Source: Octopus bimaculoides (taxonomy: Eukaryota). Taken from it: a stretch of DNA of 64,000 nucleotides. The position numbers were made by a program, and so were the translations under genes. The DNA is taken from NCBI RefSeq assembly GCF_001194135.2, contig NC_068988.1:17950542-18014541 (forward strand), read 5' to 3'. Below the pieces are notes generated by a model. It made no database searches, was not told the origin of the DNA, and saw only the letters and a list, made by a program, of their open reading frames with translations. Below are positions 1-12,430 of this stretch, piece after piece. Positions within the stretch are counted from its first letter, which is position 1; every line of letters starts with the position of its first letter.

Positions 1-593
1 TGTCTTGTATTGACAAAATTATGCCTAGATCTTTTGCTTCCTATTAGATTACTTCAATAAAACAATATATCGGTTGCGCCATCAGAAATATTGCGACGAA
101 CTAACTCTTTCATGTCTGTATCACAATGGTTGAGTCATAGTAAGCGTTAGAAGGAATATAGATTTCTTGCTTGCGTCCAAGACGAACGAATGAAAAGTGC
201 ACCGATACTAAAATTAGAAATGGTTATCTAATTTGTCCAGTTTTCCACAGCTCAACAAAGGTTTATAAATTAGAGGAAAACATTACAGTTGCATAAGGAA
301 AACCAGTTACATATAGACAGATTTTCCTTTTTATAGGAGAGATAAAATAAGAAACTGTGATATGAATTCACACATACATACAGTGTATTTATAATAAAAA
401 AAAGGATCCTTTCTGTTTGACTGCCACTTTTCAATTTCTCCAATTTTTGTTCCAGTTGATTTCGTATTTGGTGTATTGGTGTAGTTTTGAATGGTAATTA
501 TTGATATTAAATTCATGTTTCACTATAAATCAATAAATAAAAAGCTAATATCTTTTAAACTTAGCAAATTTTGGGTTATTTTAGCCAATCGAA

Positions 594-758
594 AGCCAGA
601 CATACAGGTGCTTGTTTCCATAGTAACAAGCCTATCTCTTACCAAGCTTGGCCATTTTTTGCTTATTAAAACATATGAGCCAGACATACAGGTGCTTTTT
701 TTCATAGTAACAAGCCAATCTCTTACCAAGCTTGGCCATTTTTTGCTTATTAAAACAT
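594..758. repeat. Direct tandem duplication, 2 x 84 bp
   Basis: AGCCAGACATACAGGTGCTT...GCTTATTAAAACAT starts at 594 and again at 678 (period 84) with few mismatches; explains the repeated peptide in ORFs 491..760 and 523..888. Confidence 0.9.
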
Positions 759-1783
759 GAGGTATGAGGTGGTCGAGAGATGTGTTAAAAATAAAAGCTA
801 AATAGATCTTAAATTGCGCACCAATTTTTTTTTCTTTTCTGTTTTTGGTTTTTACATAATTGTATGAATTCCTGTGTGTAGGACACAAATTCGCAAAAAT
901 TTTCTGAAAATTCCAAAAATATTTTTTTAAAGTTGTGAGGTGTTATATGGGGTGCATAAAGCATAATTACGCCAATATTTAGTTTGTTTACAGTTGACAA
1001 ACACGTGCAGTCACGCACAAAATGATAGCTTCCAAATCCTATTTTCTGACTGGATAAAAATGATCAAACTTTAAACCTCTTGAACTTTTTTTAAAAACAT
1101 TTTTGGAAAATCTGAATTAACCCCTGAGATTCAACGTGGAAAATTACATCAATGCATCAAATTTTAAAATTTTCACTAAAGTTCAAGTTTTCCACAATGC
1201 AGCCAAACAGAAAAGATCCTAGTGAAATTAAAGGATATGAGAGTATCCAGGAATTGAAACAGTTTCCACGAGGAAAATTCCGTTGCTGATTCTACTATAC
1301 TACCTGTAAATTAAATTTGATTAAGTAGCTGAGTATCCCACAGACATGTATAGTTGTTGTTGGCATCTTTCGTCTCGGGAGACAATGGAGTTGCGCATGA
1401 AATAAGTTTTGCGCAGGCCTGGGCTAAATGTAAGAAAATCCTGGGTAGTCCAATCGTCAGGATTCCTCTCTTGACCTTGCTGACGTAGTCCGAAGGAGTG
1501 CAGAGCATTACGTTTGGCACCAGCTTGGTTGCAAGAGCTGCCGGAAGAGTGTCAAGTCGAACACTAAACCACGTACGGGGCTCCACTTTGGATTTCTTTG
1601 AAGGTTGTCTCCTTTCCGTAACCCTGGATAGGGGCCCATACTGAGTACTATCAGCAGGAGCCAACTGAGCCTGGGACTCGTGTCAGGCAGGATCGTCACT
1701 CCCTGAAGTAGTGAAGAAAATCGCTACTCACTACCTTAAGACATGTATAACCATAATGCAATTATCAGGCCAAATTTGTGTAA

Positions 1784-2116
1784 CAGTGATTCTCAACCAT
1801 TTTTTTTTATACCTATAGACCCCTTAGATTATTATTTTATTCTGGTGGACCACTTTAGCCGTTCGATGTTTAAAAACTAAATTTATAGCCACTTCTTTCA
1901 AAATTCCTATTTTGTTATTTACTCCTTCACTCGTATAGGTTGAAATATGTAAACATGTTAGAGAAGGAAACCTTGCTGTTTCTTGCGATACATACATTTA
2001 AACCGAAACATTTCAGGGATTCTTAAAATGATCCTGTGGATCCCCAATTTACTATTTTACTAGCGTAGACTCCGAAAAGTCCCAAGGATTATATGAACTC
2101 CGGTTGACAACCACCG
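1784..2116. mobile_element. hAT (Charlie-like) non-autonomous MITE, copy 1
   Basis: Starts CAGTGATTCTCAACC, ends GGTTGACAACCACCG (imperfect TIRs of the CAGTGGTTCTCAACC type); GTGTAA flanks both ends; interior similar to the opposite-orientation copy at 56712..57062. Confidence 0.7.
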
Positions 2117-2784
2117 GTGTAACACATTAAGTGAAAAGAGGGACTTTTGAATTACAGGTACACGCTAACATTCTTCACAGTTTCTGCCTACTCAGCCCTA
2201 CTCGCAAAGCTGAGGCCAGCCTGTAGTTATAACAAGACACTTGCTCAAAACGCAGTCAAACCGAACCCAGTATGCTGTGATTAGGAAACGGACTTCTTTA
2301 CCCCTTCAACCGTGTCTATGTCGGCATATTTACCTCTACCATATTCATCTCAAAGCAAAAATAACAACAATGATAATGAAAGTCTTTTAGAAGCAGACAG
2401 CAATAACAATATTTCTGGTGGTTATTTATTATTGTCCAGTATTTTTTTACATTAGTAGTTCTCCGAGCGGGACATTCAGCGACTGGACTGACAGGAAATC
2501 GATATAAAGCGGCTGATGGTTAAAATGTCAAGTTAGCATCTTGTTGATCGATAAATGATTTTCCTTTAATCCCTTCATTTTGACAGTAGTAATGGAAACT
2601 CACTAGAAAGAGAGAATAATAATTTTAACATCAGATAGCTGGAGACTGTTGCAGTTATATGTATTTAAACTTTGTAATTAATCATGTAGATTATTAATTA
2701 TATAGCCGTTTCGGTATATCTATCCATAATCATAAATATCAGATGCATATCCGTAATTTCTGGCAAAACGTATTTCCACCAATT

Positions 2785-3065
2785 GTTTTAGTTGTCTCAG
2801 TCATTGGACTGCGGCTACGCTGGAGCACCGTTTTGACGGGTTTAGTCGAGCAAGTCGACTTAAATACCTATTTTTAACTCTAGTACTTATTCTATCGGTC
2901 AGTTTTTGACGAATTGCTAGTTACGGGAACGTAAGCAAACCGACATCAGTTGTCAAGCGGCAGTGGGGAGCGCAAACAGAAACAGGCACACAGATACACA
3001 CACAAGTACAGACACAAGTACAGACACAAGTACAGACACAAGTACAGACACAAGTACAGACACAA

Positions 3066-3106
<41 letters not shown>

Positions 3107-3487
3107 NNNNNNNNNNNNNNNNNNNNNNNNNNNNNNNNNNNNNNNNNNNNNNNNNNNNNNNNNNNNNNNNNNNNNNNNNNNNNNNNNNNNNNNNNNNNNN
3201 NNNNNNNNNNNNNNNNNNNNNNNNNNNNNNNNNNNNNNNNNNNNNNNNNNNNNNNNNNNNNNNNNNNNNNNNNNNNNNNNNNNNNNNNNATATATATATA
3301 TATATATATATATACATGCATATACTCATTCACACACATAACGGGCTTCCATACAGTTTCTGTCACGCATTTTTATACACAAATCCCTGGTTAGACTGAA
3401 GCAATAAAAGAAGATACTTGCTCAAGGCAGCACGCAGTAGGACTGAACCCGAAACCAGTGATTGCAAAGTAAAACCCTTAACAACCC
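2785..3487 (-). mobile_element. SINE family B copy with expanded internal mini/microsatellite and assembly gap
   Basis: 3' block (cagtcattggactgcggctacgctggagcaccg...ttgtcaagcg) and 5' block (gggcttccatacagtttc...cttgctcaagg...gactgaacccgaaacc) match the reverse complement of the copies at 14697 and 52820. Confidence 0.8.
3000..3107. repeat. 12-bp minisatellite (ACACAAGTACAG)x~5-6 grading into (CA)n
   Basis: Read directly; produces the HKYRHKYR / TSTDTSTD ORFs. Confidence 0.9.
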
Positions 3488-4904
3488 TTTGCTGCCAAGA
3501 CTAGCATCGTCTTTGCAAGTTTTGTCTTCAATCCCACACTAATTCTAAGCAAAATGCTCCCACTTGCGTCTATTATTTTGATACGACCGTTTGATCATAA
3601 ATAACACAGCTTAACCCTTTGCCTGTTCAAAGCCTTTTCAAAACTTTGTCCTAAACGTTCATGCTTGTTCTTCAGATTTTTAGTTAGCCTTTGTTTCATA
3701 CCTTCTGAGTAGCAGTAGCATAAAGATTTCCTTTCATAATTCCTATGTTACTCTGACAGTTGAAAAGTATGAGAAATGCGTATCATACGACGCATCTACG
3801 CCAGGGAAATATTTCCTATGTTATCGCATGTGATACATAAGACAGGCAAAGGATTAAATAATACTTTGCTGCATTATTGCATTTAAATCAATGGACTCGT
3901 ATATTATTACTCCACACACACATGTAAGTACAGTGACTATACTCAAACAATTATGCTCTGAAGTGTTCTTTCTAAATAAGAATTTTAACCGTTCCTTCTT
4001 TGAGACTGATGTATTCAGCATCATGAAAGCATGCATTTCTGTGTTCTATCTGGAAAAAAACAAAAAAAAATAAAGGATATTTTTTCTTGATTTCGTTAAT
4101 CTCTGCAATTTCGTCCTCCTTTCCTATATTTACAAGCAGTAGAAATAACCATTAAGAATCGTATCTCTCTTTCTCTTCCTTCGCGACTATTATTAACACG
4201 ATATCCAAAACGGCTCTATTTGTGATTAAACAATTGGCATCCGGCTTTAGGAATCGTATGATATCAAATACATAGCAATTATATCAAACCTCCGACCAAC
4301 ATTTCAGCTCGGGTTTTAGAAGGTGTCTTTGAAGAAAATATGATATAATACCAGTAGATATTCTGAACCTTGCTATTAATTATGGTTTCTTTTGGCTGGT
4401 CACCATTCTAATTTTTGTAGCAATACGGGCGTTTGAATTCTTTCAGAAACTTCTTTTCAGATAGCTATGTTATTGATCCCCAAGTGTTCAACAACATTTT
4501 GGAAAAAAAAAAACAACAAAAAGATACCATAAACTGAACTTAGAGTCCATAATACATCCACTATGATTTCTATGTATTCGAGATATTTTAAATTTGAAGT
4601 TACTTTGATAATTTTTCAGTCTGATAGCACCATCAGCTTCTATTGATGTTTATTAAAAGCTACAACATTCGATCTCGGAATTGCGAGCCTTCTAATTAAT
4701 TGCTCATCATTTAATTATCTAGTTAGATTTGTTCTACATCACTGAGTCACTACTGACATTTAAAAAAAAATTTTTTGGCAACTTAATTTACATGTTTGTA
4801 AATATAGTGGAAATAAGTTCGGCGGCATTTCGATTGCAATCTCACCATCTAGAAAGACAACCCATTCCACTCTCTTCCATTATAACTCTTTGGACGGGAG
4901 CATG

Positions 4905-5720
4905 CTGAAAGAATCGTTAAGGTGTTGGTAAAATATTCTGTGGCATTTTTCCGACTGTTTTCGTTCTGATTTCAAATCTAGCCGAGTGCAACTTCGCTTT
5001 TCTTTCAGGTTCAATAAAATAAAGTATAAGTACTAAAGTCGATGATTTTGACTTATCCCTTCCCCTAAAAATTGTGCCAAAATCAAGAACAATAGTTATA
5101 TTTGTTAGAGCACCGGAAAATATGACGTACAGCATTTCTTCTAGCTCTTTATGTTCTGTGTTCAAATCCCGCTGACATTGACTTACTTTTCATCCATCTG
5201 GAATTAATAATATAAAGTACTTGTCATGTTCTCGGATCGATTTAATCGGCTGATCCTCAACCTCAGAAAATGCTGGCCTTTTGCCTAGATTAAAACAATT
5301 ATCAGTCTCCAAATGGAAGAACACTTGATTAAAAGTTTTATAATACTTAATCATATATCTCACGGCATAAATTCAGATACTTCTCTGGTTAAATTTGCTT
5401 TCATCTCGAACGAAGCAGTATACTAACTGCTTGTTATATGATGAATTTAAGATATTTTTAACTATTTTAACTATCACACGACTAGTGTAATAGCGAAATG
5501 ATAGTTTTAGGCTAGGTTGATTTGTATCCATCAGAAAAAATGCTTAGCGTTATCTGTTCTGGTTCTTCTCATTCTGAGCTTAAATTCTATCAAAATCAAC
5601 TTTGTCTTTCATCCTTTTGGAGTCGATTAAATAACGTACCAGTCATTTACTAGAGTCGATGTGATCACATAACCCTTTCCTATATTAACGCCTATATTAG
5701 ATATATTGTCTCCCTACACG
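4905..5720 (+). mobile_element. Three stacked, diverged SINE family A copies
   Basis: Three successive degenerate matches to gaatcgttag...gttctgagttcaaat...ctttcatcc...gtcgat...aagtacc starting near 4905, 5100 and 5500. Confidence 0.6.
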
Positions 5721-6129
5721 ACATAGATTGGGGATACAGAATTCATTTCTATAGTTCCAGGGATAACAAATCTTAAAACAACAAAAAAAAATGATCTCTC
5801 AATTTAACTAATTAACATTAACATGATTGGTGATTCAGTTTAATGGAACCTTCTACATATCTATCTTATAATGTATGGGTCGCAGAACCTTGGACCAATA
5901 AGAAAAAGGACTGTGCCTGACGGTTGTAGTCTGTTACTTTACATCATTTTGTGAGTAGAGCTAAGCGAATTCTTATATGTTAAATAACAATGAAATCGGT
6001 CAATTCCATCCTCATCCCATGCAGTCTAAAAGTCCACCGTGGGCCTACCTGCGCACCAAAATTAAATACATATAGGCATGATACCGCATGTTTATTTATT
6101 TATAGTCCATGCTGTATTAATATTGATAA

Positions 6130-6335
6130 TGGTTTCAAATTTTAGCAAAATGCTTATTGGTATTTCGTCTGTCTTAAAGTTCTGAGCTCAAATTCCACCG
6201 AGGAATTTGCTTTTCATTCTTTCGGGGTCGATTAGATAAGGATTAGTCAAGAACTGGAGTCGATGTAATCGACTTAAACCCCTCCACCAAAATTGATGCC
6301 CTTGTACCAAACTTTGAAGCCAATATTTTCTCACT
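6130..6335 (+). mobile_element. SINE family A copy
   Basis: aaatgcttattggtatttcgtctgtc...gttctgagctcaaattccaccgagg...ctttcggggtcgat...gtcgatgtaatcgactt. Confidence 0.75.
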
Positions 6336-6719
6336 GCCATAATTTGTTCGTATAATTCCTTAAAGTTTCTGGATAGTCTTTGCAAAAGCACGAAGGTAAT
6401 TGCATACAACGTGTTCATGGCCTGTGCTATTTTAAGGTAGGTGCCATGGTACAGCAACATCGGAGCCCAGGAAACCTATGATTACATTAAACTTTTGGGT
6501 GGCTGCTCATCGATGCACTCCTTCGATTAGCATCCGGACTCACAAGCAAGTAAATATGTTTCTGATCGAGAAAGTATATACTTTAGAGCAATGTGTTCCA
6601 TACGTAGCCAACAAAATCTATATTTTTTATTGTTCAGTAACCGGTAAGATACACAAGATTATCCTACTAGAGATAAAAGGTTTAAAAAAGGATTAAACTG
6701 TGATAGTTTATCTACTGGT

Positions 6720-7489
6720 TGATTCTTCCTAATATTTTCCCTACCTTTTCCTGATTATGATTTTACTAAACAATTTTACATTGGAAGAACTCGATACGTA
6801 ATTCTATACTTATAATTTCTTCTACTCTCCCTTTCTCATTTGCTAATTTATCAGTATTTTTTTTTTCTCATAATATCTGTATAATCCAAAATAACTATTC
6901 TCTGTTTATTATTTTCAAATAAATAATTATCCACTTCTAACAGTATAATTTCAATTCTCGTTTTCAACCAGCACTTTTTTATATTGATTGAAATAATTCT
7001 AGATTAAATAATCAGTAATTAACAATTTTTCCAATAGTATTCTGTATCAAAATCTAAAATGATGTTATTATTCTCCACCATTTTGCGTCACGTTGTAAAG
7101 TCATGATGTAAATGTTCATATTTTTATTAAAATTCCAAAATATCTCCACACTTTCTATACTGTAAAAAATTGCCTCATCTGTACGATTGACCCAATTATT
7201 AATAAAAGTCTCACCGGATAATATTATTTGATATTCTTTTTCTTCCTTCATGATTTTTAAAAAATCCTTATAAAGGATTTTAATTGTTCCTCCTGCAGAG
7301 GTTTCCAAACATCACAGGACTCATTTTATAAAACTAATCAGTAAGCAATTTACTGTTTCCTAGATTTCTCAGTTAATAAATAGGATTTATTCCCGCTTCA
7401 TGATAAAGTAACTATTTTGGGAGTTACATTTTAAACAACATAATATTGTTTTTCCTAGTGAATAATAAATTTTTCAATAGATTGAAGAC

Positions 7490-7490
<1 letters not shown>
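6720..7490 (-). pseudogene. Highly decayed non-LTR retrotransposon-like coding remnant
   Basis: Minus-strand reading with many stops gives LLYHEAGINPI and RKCGDILE..EHLHHDF, reminiscent of the C-terminal Cys/His region of LINE ORF2; overlaps ORF 7054..7308. Family assignment is inference. Confidence 0.35.
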
Positions 7491-7535
<45 letters not shown>

Positions 7536-7858
7536 AAAGCCAATTTTGTGTGAAGGAGTATGAAGAAACTAAGCACATTCATTTTGTTCCTTTGATGTAA
7601 GCAAAACAAAAAAAGACGTTTCTCGATGATCAATTCGAGTATAGTTCTCCGCTCCTCAGAGAATACTCACTTTATTTTCTTCTCCAATCAAAAGTATAGA
7701 ATTTTCAACTGAAATATATGAAGCTTAGGTTTAAAGTAGGTTAGAACATTATAGTATAACCTATTTTTGCTTGTGATGGCTCAATATTAATTAAACAATA
7801 TAAGGCGGCGAATTGGTGGAATCGTTAGCCAACCGGGCAACACATATCAATTCGGCAT

Positions 7859-8355
7859 TAAATCTCCATCGAAAGAGGCTTCTTCTGAAACCACACACTT
7901 TCTCCAGCGTCGTTTCCACTAATGAGAGAATTCTTGAAACTTCTTTTGGTGGGTGATAGCTAGTAGCTGCCTCCGCACTGTCTTGGATTTCCTCGGCGTC
8001 TTGAAACCTTGTGGGGTCTTCCACTGCAAAAACTGAGCATTGGTTTCAGCCTCATAGTTATAGATTCCCAATTCGTCATCTGTTTTGACCGTTTACCAAA
8101 AGTTTTCGTCTTCCTCGACACAATCGAGGAGACCCTGCACAGCTGAAACTCAATTTTCCTTTCGAGACGACCACACTCTACACACTTTGCTTTCAAACAC
8201 TGATATAATCAATAGAAGTGAGCGAGAACTTTATAACTAAGTGTGCATGCGCGACAGAGTTCAAAGTTAATTTGTGCCGAGCGGCTTCACTCCGTGTACT
8301 TTAACTTCGTTACCCTAGCAAAAGTTCCGATACTTTTTTTTTTTATCAGACTTCG
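7859..8355 (-). mobile_element. Internally deleted mariner (DD34D-type) element, one TIR retained
   Basis: Minus frame reads QGLLDCVEEDENFW*TVKTDDELGIYNYEAETNAQFLQWKTP (mariner first-D region) joined to FQEFSH*WKRRWRKCVVSEEASFDGD (mariner C-terminus). TA+CGAAGTCTGATAAAA...GTATCGGAACT at 8325-8357 resembles a mariner TIR. It abuts a SINE A head at 7801-7858. Confidence 0.8.
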
Positions 8356-9001
8356 TATAACATTCTAGAATTTTATTCTTGTTTCTTTTTCTTTATTCAT
8401 TCAAACTTTATGCAAAGATTCCTCTTGTTTTAAACTTTAAAAAAAGTATACTCAAAACCAAAGATATTTTAATGAATATTTAAAAAGCTTGCTTTTGCAA
8501 TGCATAAAATAAATTCTGTGCCATACTTCTAGTTTGGATGTTAGTATAGAAGATAAAGAAATTCAATTCAGGCTTGCAAAACTAATCATGCTTCTTGTAT
8601 TTCCCTTTTGGATTCTGGGTAAAATAGTTTCAAATTATTCTATCAGCCTGAAGGCATTCTTTGAGTACAATTGTTGATATTTGCTGTGCTTATATATACA
8701 CAAACACTAAGAGTAAATATGGTTGTTTAGTGTAGCATCAACTACGTAGGCAGTATAATTAACGCGTTTCTACATATACAAACTCAATATATAACCACAT
8801 ACCTTTCTGATGTGGCAAAATTGAGGTACAGCTGACTCATCAAATTTGTAAAGCAATCTGTATGTGTGTGTGTGTGTGTTGATGTTGTTGTTGTTGTTTA
8901 TGTGCTATTTTAAACTTTGCTGACAAGGTGCATAAGAAATATAATATAAACATAGTAACTGTAAAACAGAAGGTTTAGGCGACCTGGTTGACTTGATATT
9001 T

Positions 9002-9045
<44 letters not shown>

Positions 9046-10115
9046 NNNNNNNNNNNNNNNNNNNNNNNNNNNNNNNNNNNNNNNNNNNNNNNNNNNNNNN
9101 NNNNNNNNNNNNNNNNNNNNNNNNNNNNNNNNNNNNNNNNNNNNNNNNNNNNNNNNNNNNNNNNNNNNNNNNNNNNNNNNNNNNNNNNNNNNNNNNNNNN
9201 NNNNNNNNNNNNNNNNNNNNNNNNNNNNNNNNNNNNNNNNNNNNNNNNNNNNNNNNNNNNNNNNNNNNNNNNNNNNNNNNNNNNNNNNNNNNNNNNNNNN
9301 NNNNNNNNNNNNNNNNNNNNNNNNNNNNNNNNNNNNNNNNNNNNNNNNNNNNNNNNNNNNNNNNNCTCTCTCTCTCTCTCTCTCTCACCCTTTATTAATC
9401 TTTCGCTCGCTTTCACAATCTTTGCGTTCTGATTTAATATCCTGCCGAAGTCAGCTTTACCTTTCATCCTTCCAGAGCCAATAAAATAAAGTATCGCTCA
9501 AGTACTGAAGTCGATCTAATCAACTAACCTCCGCTGCACAAAACTGATGGCCTTGATCCTAAATTAGAAATTATGAATTTTAAATTGCTAGAAGTCATAA
9601 TTTCTAACTTCCCATACGATCACAAATTTCTTAAAGCTGAACGTAGCCAACAGAATCTAGTCCCAGTATATTTTTGATACTTACTTTATTGAAACCGAAA
9701 TGATGAAAGGCAAAAAAAAAAAAAAGATCCTAAGTATTTGAACTCAGAATGTAAAGACACATAAATGAAAATTACAAATCTTTTAACCTACGATTTTATC
9801 GTTTCTATGACTATACTATTTGATTTCTCTTCATCTTTTGCAGTTTATTATTTAGAATTCTTAAAGTAAAAGAATTATTATTATTAGATATATACAGCTT
9901 TTATCAATATATATAGCTTACGGCTAAATTTCGTCCGATCACCGAAGTTATGGAACGTCGAGCCTAGTTAATACTTAGATAGGCAATCGTTTGGAAAACC
10001 TAGGCGCTGTATCTCCCAGTATGGCCGCAACTCTCAAGCTGAAACTAGTAAAGAAAAGATACAAACAAGTACCCCAATTTAAAAACAAACCATATCTATA
10101 TGCAAGTATATTCTT

Positions 10116-10325
10116 TTCTACTCTAGGCACAAGGCCCGAAATTTGGTGGGAGGGAGCCAGTCGATTAGATCGACTCCAGTACGCAACTGGTACTTAATTT
10201 ATCGACCCTGAAAGGATGAAAGGCAAAGTCGACCTTGGCGGAATTTGAGCTCAGAACACGAAGACAGACGAAATACCGCTAAGCGTTTCACCCGGCATGC
10301 TAACATTTCTGCCAGCTCGCCGCCT
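10116..10325 (-). mobile_element. SINE family A copy (near full length)
   Basis: Reverse complement of ggcggcgagctggcagaa...gttctgagctcaaattccgccaaggtcgactttgcctttcatcc...ccttgtgcctagagtagaa. Confidence 0.9.
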
Positions 10326-10375
10326 TTGTATGCAAGTATATTACAAGATACATTACTTGCAAGAGATTGTAATAC

Positions 10376-10590
10376 TAGTTTTAAATTTTGGCACAAAACC
10401 AGCAATTTCGGGAAGTGGGTAAGCCGATTACATCGGCCCGGTGTTCAACTGATACTTATTTCATTGATCCCCGAAAGGATAGAAATTGAAGTCGACCTCG
10501 GCAGAATTTGAACTCAAAAGCGTAACGATGGACTGAATGCTGCTAAGTATTTTACTCGGCGTGCTAAGGATTCTACCAGCTAACTGCCAA
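10376..10590 (-). mobile_element. SINE family A copy
   Basis: Same consensus blocks, reverse orientation, more diverged. Confidence 0.8.
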
Positions 10591-10627
10591 ATTAGAGATT
10601 GTAATATTTCAAAATATACGAATTCTA

Positions 10628-10860
10628 GGGCGGCGAGCTAGCAGAATTGTTAGCACGCCGGGCGAAATGCTTAGCAGCATTTCGTCTGCCGTTACGTTCT
10701 GAGTTCAAATTCCGCCGAGATCGACTTTGCCTTTCATCCTTTTGGGATCGATAAATTAAGTACCAGTTACGCACTGGGGGCCATCTAATTGACTTAATCC
10801 ATTTGTCTGTCCTTGTGTGTCCCCTCTATGTTTAGCCCCTTGTGGGCAATAAAGAAATAA
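10628..10860 (+). mobile_element. SINE family A copy (full length)
   Basis: gggcggcgagctagcagaattgttagcacgccgggcg head, GTTCTGAGTTCAAATTCC B-box-like motif, tail ...ccccttgtgggcaataaagaaata. Confidence 0.9.
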
Positions 10861-11210
10861 GAATCGTTAGCATGCCGAGCGAAATGCTTAGCGGTATTTC
10901 GTCTGTCTTTACATCCTGAGTTCAAATTCTGCCGAGGGCGACTTTTCTTTTCATCCTTTTAGGTCGATAAATTTAGTACCAGTTGTGTATTGAGGTCGAT
11001 CTAATCGACTGGCTCCCTCCCTCAAAATTTTGGGCCTTGTGCCTAGAGTAGAAACGAAAATATACAAATTCTGCCGAGGTCGATTTGCTTTTCATTTTTT
11101 CGGAGTCGATAAAATAAGTACCAGTTGAGTAGTGAGGTTAATGCAATCGACTTGTCTCCTTCCCAGAACTTACTGGCCAAAAAACAAAAATTTGAAACCA
11201 ATATTTCAAA
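10861..11210 (+). mobile_element. Two further SINE family A copies in tandem
   Basis: gaatcgttagcatgccgagcg...gcctagagtagaa (10861-11056) then a 5'-truncated copy from about 11090. Confidence 0.8.
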
Positions 11211-11485
11211 ATATAGAATTGGTAAAATTTCTTAACTCATGAAGAAAAGAGCAAAAATATGAAAGAGACAAATATTTTTGTTTATGTGTAATGTTGTTAG
11301 TTCTGATTTTATTAAATTAAAACCCTTATCAAAATTCTGAAAACATTTTGATTAATCGTTAAACTGATATCGATTATCAATCGATATGATTGAGAGATAT
11401 GGCGGTAGCGTCTGTAAAATGCACGCAACACTTTTTTCTTCTTCGTTAAATTTCTCTAGTTGTGTGCATATGTAATTGTGTGAGT

Positions 11486-11522
<37 letters not shown>

Positions 11523-12430
11523 ATGGTGGTGGTGGTGGCGGCGGCGGCGGCAGTGGCATTTATTATTAGTACCTTGATAATATTGAAGAAATGTTCTTAT
11601 TCCCAATTAAAGCCATTCAAACGTTTTAAAGTATCTGTAAAGGTCAGTTGAGTTTCATTTTTAATGCCATTCAAACATTTTTGTTCGGCCAATCGAACCG
11701 TTCAACGTTTTATTCAGAACAATCCTCAAAACTGCATATTTCATTATTATCGTTCCTTAACTGTGAAGGAGACGATTTTAAGCACTTAATCAGCATTGAG
11801 TAATGTCGATATAAATTATTCTAAGCAAAGTAACTACATTTAGCACTCAATTAATACTTTATCTGTAGATATAAGTCGTTATCTCCCAGACATAATGTTA
11901 CGCGGTTTCCAGTGGAATCAGATTTATTCTTTATATTCCATAACACTAACAATATTATTTCTTAATTCGAGCTTTTTCTATCTTGACTTGCATATGGTAA
12001 ATTTTAATCCTTGTAAATCCATTATATCTATACGTATTAGAAGGTTACCGACTAACTTTTAAAACGATATGATGGATAACTCACTCAGTTCGTTTTTTAT
12101 TCTTTCTCAGCGAATCCCCGTATTTTTAGTTTACTACGAGATTTCATTTTACGATTTCCTTACAATTTTTTTTTTTGGGGGGGGGGGTTAACATTAGAAA
12201 GTCTAAGCCTATTAGAACCAACGTCAAATTCAATAGTTTTAAACTCTGTTATGATACATTGTAAACGAAATAATTTCAACTTTCAATTTGACAGGTAATC
12301 TACAGACTGAGCGAACGAGGATTAGTTTTAACGTTTATTAATCCGTGGTAATGAGAAACGGTAGAGCACTTGATGTTTTACTTCGTTAATTTTGTTTGTC
12401 TTCTTATTTTTCCATTATTATTATTATTAA

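Noticed and set aside
491-888. Overlapping ORFs on both strands with an internal repeat
   Set aside because: The repeat is the 84-bp (28-codon) DNA duplication; no protein features.
2921-3399. Long ORFs of HT/VC/HKYR repeats (and similar ones at 8910-9467, 16133-16712, 21027-22790, 58016-58370)
   Set aside because: Translations of microsatellites and N gaps.
8225-8300. GCATGCGC NRF1-like motif suggesting a host promoter
   Set aside because: Lies inside the mariner element between its TIR and coding remnant.
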